A stretch of DNA of 64,000 bases, taken from contig NW_002060944.1 of NCBI RefSeq assembly GCF_000150275.1, forward strand, positions 8,012,735 through 8,076,734, read 5' to 3'. Each line of letters opens with the position of its first letter. The first letter of the stretch is position 1. Source of the DNA: Trichoplax adhaerens (taxonomy: Eukaryota > Animalia > Placozoa). Positions 43,775 through 54,658 of this stretch are shown here, one piece after another. Under the pieces are notes generated by a model. It had not been told where the DNA came from. It worked only from the letters and a program-made list of their open reading frames with translations, and ran no database searches. The position numbers and the translations under genes were made by a program.

Positions 43775-46151
43775 ACTGTATATAATATCAGGATAAGAAC
43801 TACAACAGAAACTCCATGAATAGATTAGTAAAGTTCCATTAGATCAAGAGAATTCCTATGAATTAAGAAATGCCTCATTGAAGCTTAGTTTCGATTCTAA
43901 GAACCGAATATTTGTCATGAATGTAAAATTAATCCAAAATAAAAGTGAAACTCAATCGCAAGACAATAAATTGATTACCCAGCATAAAATTATTCTACAA
44001 ATCAAATGAAATAATTTCATGCATCATTGCATTAATTGAATTTCATATTTATTTCACGGTTCAATAAGCTTTCTCTTAAAAATAATTCTCTTGCAAATAC
44101 AATTATGAATCAATAACGAAAGAAAATTGAAAATCTTTTTTTCTTATTTATATTCTTTAGTGAAGTAAGCCCAGCTAAGGATTCGATTTGTTTATTATTC
44201 TTTTTCATTCTCATAGATTTGCTTAGTTTACGCAATACCATTAGTAGACATGCTTAGCGTCAATAGAACGCACTGCAAAAACTCTTTGGGCAGCCATTTG
44301 TTAAATGGGAAAATATCTACAAGAAATCAAATTATTTCTTTCATGATTGATATTAATTAGTTGGTTAAGGGCCTAACAGCATTTTTCAAACATCTATTAT
44401 TTCACCTATATAATTAATTACGCAATTAAATAATTTAATCAGCTTTATTGTTATTCCCTGCTATTACAGGATGATGTATGATGTTGAAACTAGTATTTCT
44501 ATGCTTTTGGTCGATTCTAAGGACTAGTTATAGCAATTTCTTATCCAAATAATTTGACTTGACAACTAATATTTTATATTTGCGTTACTCAATATTAATC
44601 ATTTATTAATTATCGTTATTTTTTCTCAGGGAATTTCGAGAATGCCACGTTACCTGCTAAACTTTATTTAATAATCAAGTCACTTTTAGTAGATCTATGT
44701 ACTTATGAATTGTAACAACTCCATTAATTCTTATTTCAGTTACAATTTGGTAGTATCATACACTTAATTATGAAAATATTACTCAAGTAAGTTATGGAGA
44801 GTTGATCTTATTATCGCCTATTTTACGAACAATTTTAATCCGCCATGCGTTCTAGTATCCGCGTAATTTTCAAACTATGCATACGTGTATGTGCTACCAT
44901 ATCGTACAATGGATGTTAAATATCTCTAGTTATCCTCTGAAGCTAAATGTTAGAAGTAATTGTATAATTTTATTATTGTTCCAACAACTCCAATTTTATT
45001 TGTTCCCATTATTCTCTTTATTCCTTAATTTTATCCTATCAATCAGCTTAGGGACTACTAGTTAGATGGCCAAGCTCTACTTCATATCCCTTTTACCGTT
45101 TATCTAAAAATATTTCAGTGAGCTTAAAGTCAAATATCAAGTTGCGTATTTATTGTACAAGCAGTGATTGCGCGACGATAGAATTGGTGGAAAATTAAAA
45201 TATCCTTTAATAATTACAGTTTGTTAATTAATGCTATCACTCAGCACCTTAACATAGTTGATACATAAATTGTTTCAACCGAGCTGAGCATCCTATTTCT
45301 TGAATGTTATCTAAAAAATTTTCAAGCTACCGCTATTACCGATAATAGCTAAATTTTTTCTTTATAGTTGCTGTTTTACCAATGAAATCAATACACATTA
45401 TCGTGTAAGGGGGACAAATTTTATATTACTTTTAAACAATGAACTAATTATGAAAGTGCATCCTCAAAAAGAACCTAAGCTTGATCAGGCACAATAAATC
45501 CTAGTTCTATTATTATAGTTGAATATTCCTGATTTAAGGTAAGCTGGGTTTAATTTCCGCAACAGTACAGGCCGTAACTGTTCTCAGAATTGCAATATCG
45601 TTAGATGGTACTTCTCTAGTTAATTAATCACTGATGAGAATAGAAGAAATATCTTTAGTATTTAATATAATATTATTTCATAATATACTTTGCCGTAACC
45701 ATATAAGTGGCTTCTTTGATCCAAATCACTAGAGCTACAGTTCTGTACTTATGAAGTAGTATGGCCGGAAAGGACTAAATGTAGTTTTTTTCTTTCTCTT
45801 TAACTAGTAACCTTTCTTATACTATGTGTACTCTTAATTTAGACTTTAGCGGCTATTATACATAATTATAATAGTCGAGATTCGGCTTTAGACTTAACAT
45901 ACGTATATAACGCTATAATATTCATTATCTGTACGTTTATCTATAGAAATCAGTAATTCTATGATCTTCTACGGAACTTCTGAGGTAATATTGAAGCAAA
46001 ATGGTATAAGGAGAAATATTTTATACTCGTACACTCCTTTCTATATAAATTTATGATATTGATGTTGATGTATTTATTACTTTTGTATGTACGGAGACAG
46101 AACATACGGATTGCCGGATATCCAGACGATCGGTTACGTCGATCGCGTTTC

Positions 46152-46165
46152 GTTACTATGACAAC
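46152..46165. promoter_or_regulatory. RFX-binding X-box upstream of the SPMIP4-like gene
   Basis: GTTACTATGACAAC matches the X-box consensus GTHNYY-AT-RRNAAC exactly. It sits in a CpG-richer patch (46090-46200) just before a probable 5'UTR intron (46200 GTATGA to ACAG 46404). Confidence 0.7.
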
Positions 46166-46411
46166 CATCGAGCTCAAAGAGATGCTATCAGTCAAAATTG
46201 TATGAGAGTGCTGTATCAAATTAAGCTTACTAAATATCAATTTAGAGGAATGTATCGATTTTAAAAAAATTTCTTCCTTATCATGTAATATAATAAGATT
46301 ACAACTTCTTTTTTTCCTGATATATGCCATTATTGATTAAAATCTATCTTAGATAGTTATTACATTTCATGAAGAATTTATCTATTAATTTGACGTCAAC
46401 ACAGTTTAATC

Positions 46412-49299
46412 ATGGATTATACAGCAAATAGAATGCGAGAGCTGTACAAGGAAACAATTGCCGTGCCAGTTTTATCGCCAACTTATCAATCCAACCAGAT
46501 ATTCACACCGCTACAATCACCGCAAAGAGAAACTGTATCTGAATCACAGTATGAGATTGTCCAATCACACTCTTTCTGCTATTGAAACACTACTTTATTG
46601 ATATTTATCTTCATGTGAAATTTTAACAAAATTGGCTATTAGCACTCATCAAGATATGCAAGTATTAAATTATAGAATATTCAAAAGTATTTATGTTTTT
46701 AATTAGATATCGAACTTACTACGAGAAATGGGGACGAGCGACTAAAACCCCGTGGGGAAGACATCACAGCTACGCTGGAATTGGACCGTTATTTCTACCA
46801 CCAGGACATAGACCAAAGGAAGAGCCACCAACTAGAGTAGAAAAGGGTCATAAGCATTATGGTAGCGGAATTATACCTTTCCCAACGTAAAATCAAACTT
46901 TCATAACAATTCTATTTTACCATAGCCTTTACGAGGATTCAGAAAAATTTATGTTGTTTCTAATGATTTACGATAGCACACCTGTTCAGCAGAATTACTG
47001 TCGCACAGGATCTCAACTAAGTCGCTTAAGGAAAACAGATGAACTGTAAGAAATGATTGCTGATTCGAAAACTTTACAAAATATTGTTGATAATTCTGTC
47101 CTAATTTTGCTATTTTCTTTCTTTTCATATTGGCTTTTGTAGAGTTCCTAAACCGCTGACAGCAGACTTAGTGTAAGCAATCGACTGCCATAATTTTCTT
47201 CTAACATATATCCTCATAAGTGTATCCTTTACTCATCAGTTTTACCGACATTACTGTAATTGATACTTCCGAAATTAAAATTTTTTCCTAGTCTATAAAT
47301 AATTAAACATTTTTATTAGTAATATTCAGGTTAAGCATCCCTTACCCCGAGAACATCCATATGCTTCGCATATTTCCAAACTATCAATATTTCCTTCTCC
47401 GGTTTCTCCTGATGAGGCCAATGGACGCTTAGCTGTAGCATCGACACCTTATGGTGGACCCCCTCCGGTACCCTCAACCATTGCTACCCAACCATCAGAG
47501 CAAATCATACGTGGTAAAACTAAAGGATCACCTTGGCGACACGAAATAGTACAAAATGGAGAGCATCCACTTCATAGAAAAGCATTAACTTGGCATGGAG
47601 AAAGTGTTTATCAAGTAAGATTAGACTGCTTAGCAAAGCTAAATTGCTAATTATTTAATAATATCTTCAATATTTCATCATTTACTTTTGCACTTGGTAG
47701 ATTTATAGTGGCCCAAATACACCTGTCCGTCAGCAAATTTACCCTGCACCACCCAAGTCTATTGCACCTAATCCTCGACCTCGAGATGGTAATCTAGCAA
47801 TCTCTCCTCGAACTGCTGATACTCTTATTGATGTTCGCAAATCGCTTATGACTACGACGTATCAAAGCAAATATAGTAGTCACGTACCAAATGTTTTAAA
47901 AATTCATCGGAAGGGTGATGTGACAACAGAGGTAATTAAAGAGTAGATGATCCATTTCTAAAGACTCTATTACAATCTTGTAATGTAACTAGTATTGTAG
48001 ACTGTTAGCCATGTTTAATATAATGTACGGTAGATATTTATCCTAAGAGATATTTGGTAGCTACAACTATAGACTGTAGTGGTATAGACTCTATGCTAGA
48101 GTACAGATGACTATATACAGTAAGCTGTTGAGTTACTAATAAGCTTATAGGTAAAAATAGAACTGTAAATCATATATTAGGATATGGTTAATTCATTGTA
48201 CTTTGGATGGTGTGAATAATGTCTACGTAAGTACTACAGTCGTATCCATATTGGATTAATGGTGGTCCGCAGTAGAATAGTGTTACTAAGAATAATTTAA
48301 CTATGTGTAAAATAAGGTAAAAGGTTGCCATGCGGATTGTAGTTGCGAACGCTACGGAAAGTATAAAAGTATGCAACTTTAGATTATTCTGTTAGTTCGT
48401 TCTAGAAGTCTTTCGTAGTAGTATTCGGCTAGAGTAGAGCTATGTGTAGTTAATCTTTGTATAAGATTCAATAAAGCCCTTATTTTTCTAAAGTTTTGGA
48501 ATTTCGTGATCGGTATATATCACTAACCTACCTGATATATTTATCGTAATATACTAGTAATATTAAAGGCTATCTCACTTATTAAGGCAAAATAGGAAAT
48601 AAATCATACTTAAGAAAGTAATTTTATCATTTTAATACACTTATTATTGCGTATACGACTATATAGACTGCAAATCGAATGAAGAAGAACCGAGGCCAAC
48701 TTTTCATAGGAAATTTCTATTCTGAAGTTTACGTGTCAGATAATGAAGATGAGGATGCTAATAAGACTGGTAATCTAGAATAGCTTATTCATTGTTATAT
48801 AAATAGACAGGAATTAAATAAATTGAAGAAACCTTCTATACGATGTTTAATATTTTGTGGTATTGACAATAATGTTATAGATGATGATATGTCGCAAGCA
48901 GCGTCTCCAGTGTCGACCGGTAACAAGAACAGCTCCATTTGCAAAGATCAAGGTAATAGCAGAGAAGTCAAGTTGGAAAATGATGATGATAATGGTGATG
49001 AATATAAACGATCTCCAAAAGTAGTAAAAATCTCAGATAAGGTAACCATAGTCAATGAAGATAACTCCAGCAAAACAGCGATTATAAACAGTAGTAATAC
49101 AGTACAAAAGTCCCCGGATATCTTATCTCATTTACGAGAAAGGCCAACCGCTGATGATTCAAGGCCTGGCTTCAGTAAGTCTGATATGCACAGAAGATTT
49201 AATCAGACTTATTCTGAAATATCGCCTGATTTGCGTGAAAATTCAAGATCTGGTAAACGGCAAATTATACATGGCTGTCCAACATACTATTTTCATTGA
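46412..49299 (+). CDS. SPMIP4: C7orf31/SPMIP4-like sperm/ciliary microtubule inner protein, 8 coding exons, ~487 aa
   Basis: Hand-spliced exons 46412-46548, 46707-46886, 46977-47045, 47143-47172, 47320-47614, 47701-47931, 48667-48769 and 48881-49299 have GT-AG introns and a continuous frame (1464 nt). The peptides PWGRHHSYAGIGPLFLPPGHRPKEEPP..KGHKHYG, PLPREHPYASHIS, KTKGSPWRHE..KALTWHG, YPAPPKSIAPN and C-terminal DLREN..GKR..HG..YYFH resemble human C7orf31 as I recall it. Confidence 0.82.
47979..48524 (+). mobile_element. Solo LTR family A copy in intron 6 of the SPMIP4-like gene
   Basis: Termini TGTAAT...ATCAC(T), TSD AATCT/AACCT with one mismatch, TATAAAA at 48362 and AATAAA at 48470. Highly similar to the split copy at 42982-43774. 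Confidence 0.8.
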
Positions 49300-50944
49300 T
49301 ATTGACTAGTTTAAGTGATACAATAGTTGATCCTAATGCCTTCCAACAGTGTTGCTGTAAACATTATAATGGCACTGTTTACTGTTTCTTGACATGTATC
49401 AAATAATAGCAATATTACTAACTAATCTGAAAATAGTAATTCCTAGAACAATTTACTACAGCTAGATGCAGTTCTGATTATTTGTAGCACTTGGATTTGA
49501 CGGAATATTTATGTTTCAATATTTATGTTTCAATATGGGTTTAAACGCATTTATCAGAACTACTTGTTGTTACTGATTACTCGTTCTATATAGCGTGATA
49601 TCCGAAGTAATTGCATCTATTTTATTCATGTAGCAACAAAATTACAGTCAAGATAATTTTATCTAAATGATTTATCAACATGTACGTACATACAATTATT
49701 TATCATAGAAAATCTATATGCCCGATCAGTCAAATAAATTTATAACTAGGCCATAGTAGCAAATTTCGATAAGATATTGAGGAGTTCAACGAAAAATGTT
49801 ATCGGCGGTCTAGGACCGTAGTTTCATAGCATAATAACTCATTTCTAACGGCTCAAAAATATTTTTATTACAGTCAATTTTATTACAAGATGGCTGATAT
49901 CATTTTTATAATCGTGTCGATATCAGTCATTGACGAATTATCAGTAGTAAGTCGTATTTAATAAGGCTTCATTTTGAATGTATCAACGTATATCTTTTAA
50001 AGGTAAACTATTTTTGCTACACTTGCATTTTATGATGTTTAAAATAAATATAATCATACTTATTCTTATGCTTTAATTTTGCTTCTACAAAATTTTCAAG
50101 AAATTCAATTTGTAAGTTACTAAATTGTTAACGAAAATAATTTGATACAGAGACTTAGCAGATTATTAAAATTGTAAAGACATTAGATTCGGTGAAATGA
50201 ACAAATTTGCCTTTAATTTTTACGAAAAAATTGCATTGAATAGCCATACTAGTTACAGTATCAGAGAGTGCAGAAAAAATATAGCCATTATCTCACAATA
50301 TTTTTCTGTGCGATGAAATTATAATAAATACGTCAAAGCATCTCCTATACATAACATGTAAAATATCTATTGAAAGCAATACTTGATTGCTTTATTAACA
50401 CCAATTCCTACAACTTCAACCGCTAGAGATACTTTCAAACAATCAACAGTTTATAATAGAACAAAATGAAACAAAGTCCAATACATTGAACATAGATGTT
50501 AAAATTTTAGAATTAGTTATTTTTACATATCACAAATTCTTACACACTTGATTCAAGGCGCTGATAATTTTCATGAAATCGCTATTTTCATACAATACCT
50601 GCATTAAAGATTTGCGAAATAACATCTAAACTGCTAAATATATTTTAAATTCTTTGTACTCCATAGAACTGTTAGAATAAATTCAGTGTTCAAGCTAAAG
50701 CACGAATGGAATTTCAAACTATCAATCATCTCACAATAATGATACAACTGAAATTTGCAAAAAATATATAAGCACTGTATTCTGACTAACAGCGTCGATA
50801 CCAGTTGTTATTTTTACAATACGCAAGTACGGAAAATCAAAGACACACACGTATAAAAGTTAATTAATTACGTACATCTAAATCTATCTTCTTGATCGCC
50901 TAAATAAAATTCACAACGAATCACAAAATTTATTTCAGCTTAAT

Positions 50945-53329
50945 TTAAAATTTTAATTTCTTTTTCTTTTTCGCTGCCACTTTCTCCGCATTTTTAGCCA
51001 GCTTCTGTTCTAGTTCTAGACGCCTTTTTAGTTCTGCATTTTCCTCCTATTTCGATAAAAGCAGAAAATATTTATAGTTGCGATTTCATTGCATTAGCGT
51101 ACAATCATAAATAAAATAAATACTTCCTACCTTTTGAGGTGTAACTTGTGGAGATATAGTCGCTTTCTGCTTTTTTATAGGGGATTTCTTTTCGGGCGAG
51201 ATACTTTCATTTGGCATTAAAGAGGGTGGTAACTTATTAAGCCATGAGCCAGCTCCGCCAGTGACTGCGGCAGACTCTCTTTGGGTGCCCGACATATCAT
51301 ACAAGCTATTTTCAAAAGCTTGATCTTTAAGAGAAAAACATTAACTTAATTGCTGCAACTTTATATAATAAGGACAAATATAAAATTACTTACCAAAATT
51401 GTAACTATCTCTGACTTGAAGCCATGTCTTTTTAATCATTAATTGTTTGTACAGCTCCGATACTTTGGTAGCTACAAATTTTGATGTACCAGTTCGAATT
51501 TGGTCTTCAAAATCCTGCAATAATAAATTTACAAGTTGAAATATTATCGCTGTGTAATAAGTGTAATAAGGCTACATCATGTTTTGGTCGAATGTAACAT
51601 TTACTGTAAGCATTCTAGAGAATACTGTCAACGGAATAAAGACTTGTAAAGTCAATAAAAGCCAATGGGAATACCTTTGATGTTATCATTTCATTCGTAA
51701 AAGATTTCTCGTCGAATTTAGAAGTTTCTAATTGTTCTATACAGACGAAAGATGACAACTCAAGTTTACTTTACTTCGTCTAAATTTGTTTGTTTTTTTG
51801 GCCATGTTATAAGATATAGGCGTAACAGGAAAATAGATTAGTATTGGTTTATACATTATTACTTCTTGAGCATCTTGCCCCAGTACTTTTGTAATCGTCG
51901 ATCTCTCTATCCTTATTTACGATGATTTTTTTCAGCTCTTCCTGTCTTCTCAGCAACTCACTAATCATCATCCATAATGGTTGTATCAAATGCAAATCTA
52001 ACTATACATTAAGAGAATCAAAACAAGAGGATTATTTAATAATTACAATTGGATCTTTAGTCATACATGCACGATTCATAATACTAGGCAGTTGCAAAAG
52101 TTATACATTTAATTGTTGTTCAGTTTAATATTGATCAGATACCTCTTGGAGATGAGCAAGCTCGCAATGGAATGTCCAGTTAAATGGAAGCCCAGCTAGG
52201 AGAGTGCTAAAACTGAACATAACCATTTGATCGCCTTCCTGATATAAGGTGTGCGTCATATCCTCATTAATAGTTTACACTCTATACAATATTCACATAT
52301 ATATTCTTATTGCTTATTTCAGAATGTAGTGAATGCTAGTAAAAATATTAACCTGATTGTCTTGAAATTCCAAACTGTAATTTATGTCAGGCTTTTGAAT
52401 TTCAATCGACTTGCTAATATGTTTCAGGATTTGATGTAATGGAGCTTCAACATTGGGATTAAGTACCTATAAGTCAAAAGTAGAAAATTACATCGAATTT
52501 TATTGCACTAAAAATAAACATAGCAAAGCAATGCGAGCTTTGTTATATGCAAAAGTAAATGCGTTATGTGAATTTAAATAAGAGTCAACTGTCTATGGGT
52601 TCGTTGGTACTAAGATCAACATCCAAGCAGTATTCGGATTCTTCAGCACCGAAGACTAATTACAAGTATTTCGATTTATACCATAACGGCCATTTGCATT
52701 AAAGGCAACGTTACGTGGTTAATAACCGCTATAACATTTCTATATTTACGTGATGCTACTTTCGTTTGTAACAACATTCAATGTAATCATGCAAGTTTAA
52801 ACACTACTGCTATGATGAATATGTTGGTGATAGCAAAGGTACAATACATGTGGTTGCACATTTCAATTTTCTTCGAGCAAGTATATTATTATACAGTATG
52901 TCTGTTATAATTTACATTGCACCCAATGCAATCAACAGTCGTTGTAAGAGCGTTCAATTTAAGCTGTTTGGCATTTGCAAGGACAATTCGTCATGTAAAC
53001 CACGAATATCAGACAAATCAAGATGACATGTATAGGAAATGGTGCATTGCTTATTTTAAGAAATGTCCATAGCTATAATGTAGTGGATGTTTTGCGTGCT
53101 AGTCTAATTAATAAATACCATTAGATACCTTGCACCGTTTCCTAATATCCATTTGATCTAATCTCTCTGACCACAATCCATAATTAGGATCGTATAAACA
53201 AACTTCGTAATCTTCTTCAGAAAAATACGACTTGATTAAGTAAACTTTAGAGTTAATCTCAAATGGATGCCAACTTTGAGAATTGAGATCCCCTTGTCGA
53301 TTTCGTCTCCATTCCATTTCAGCAGCCAT
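50945..53329 (-). CDS. NHEJ1: Non-homologous end-joining factor 1 (XLF/Cernunnos), 8 exons, ~342 aa
   Basis: Exons (minus strand) 53329-53129, 52466-52353, 52238-52143, 52001-51863, 51736-51675, 51514-51394, 51324-51131 and 51046-50945 splice in frame. XLF-type motifs are present: W.E.LD...I..RCK.LNPNVEAP, LAGLPFNWTFHC, HLIQPL, KDREIDDYKSTGA, LETSKFDEKSF and a basic C-terminus KKKKKLKF*. Confidence 0.9.
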
Positions 53330-53607
53330 GATGCTATGATGATAAAGCACTTGATAGATAGCAAATGATTTGGGCTAAAGTCAAAATTGAATTCGAGAAA
53401 GTGTCGTAACGTTAGTGATCAATGTGGAACAAGAATTTGATCAAGATTGTGGCATGCAAGAAAGTAATGTAAACTGGGTCCAATTTGTACTACTGTACAG
53501 TGTACACTGTACACCGTCGGTATCTCCTTTAATTATTATTCTACGCGTACGTTTACAGTAATGTATTAGCTGGAGAGGGAATAAATATTACTTCTGATTC
53601 AAGATAC

Positions 53608-54305
53608 GATGGGTGAATTCGTTAATCTGCAGTCATAAATCACCCCATCAGCTAATTCTACGTTGCAGAGAGTAGAAAGTCAAATCGTCGGCTGGGCAGG
53701 TCCACACCTGCCCAGCTCCAGTGGTTGGTTGCCTAGACTACAAAACTGCTGAGACGGAAAGCGAGTTGAGTCGTGGCCTTCTACAGTACAATATACTATA
53801 CCCTACAAGTTGGTATTGGTTCGGTACGTACTGTAGACTGTAGAGGTTTAAATCTTCCTCTTAGTATTATCCCAGTGTACTGTTCGATACATGAGTCCAG
53901 CTATTGTGCATGTTATGCTGTATTGAATGAGCTTGCGCAGTTACGTTCATTAACCAAGATGGAGGAGCAGCTCCGGGCATAGACAATTCGTTACAGGTGC
54001 ATCTAGTAGTCCATTGCTCGGAATGCAAGAGTACAGCAGTGATTGCATGACTATCATAGCAATCTATGTATTGACAGATTTCTGCTAAGGAATATCATCA
54101 ATAATTAACTAATCACTGACGAACGTGCCGGGCAAATTCGTTCAGTATCATACAGTAGACTCATGGACTACTAGAAGAAGACTTTCTAGTAGACCGACCA
54201 TGAATGGACTACAGTATACACCACCGTCAGGCTCAGTGAAGCATGCTGTTGTCTCTACTCAACGCCAAAGTTTCATACAACCAAACAATTTGTAGTCTTG
54301 ACAGT
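53608..54305. ncRNA. Candidate long structured ncRNA (family unassigned) in the NHEJ1/GGACT divergent interval
   Basis: Many perfect or near-perfect helices are visible by eye, e.g. 53691-53701/53706-53716, 53735-53744/54289-54298, 53780-53789/53828-53837, 54003-54014/54163-54174 and 53890-53897/54158-54165. The segment is GC-richer than its flanks and has no convincing ORF. Confidence 0.4.
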
Positions 54306-54658
54306 CTGTATTCAATAAATGGACTACCAATAGCATGAAAGCGTTAGCAAAAGTATAGAATCTAAACAACTAGCGATGATATAATTACTAGTAATTAAAC
54401 AATGCTTACGATGTCTTCATAGTAGAAGTGCTACCTAAAGCTACACTAATAAACTTCTACTAACTGACAGTACTGTTTGCGATAGGGGCAGTCGGGTACG
54501 ACCAGGTATTCTATCCCATGGCGGTAAGGGTATCCATGCCTAATTGCCCATGCCTGGTAAACCGGCGGTACAGCTGTCATCTGCGCATACCCAATGTGCT
54601 CGAGACGAGATTATTGCTAGTTTTGTTCAAATTAACAAATTGGAGAAAGTTTACAAGA

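Noticed and set aside
440-45065. The many 60-96 aa ORFs of the desert
   Set aside because: They are I/L/F/Y/K/N-rich products typical of random AT-rich sequence, with no recognisable domains.
53780-53815. CTATACCCTAC as a telomerase RNA template, and GACTA/TAGTC as group I intron P7
   Set aside because: It is not complementary to TTAGGG repeats. There is no room for a P4-P6 domain between the putative P3 and P7 strands.
54518-54658. N-terminal extension of GGACT from an upstream ATG
   Set aside because: Family similarity begins at MDPLLVFVYGTLK (54659). The extension looks like promoter or UTR sequence, and I have no evidence it is translated.
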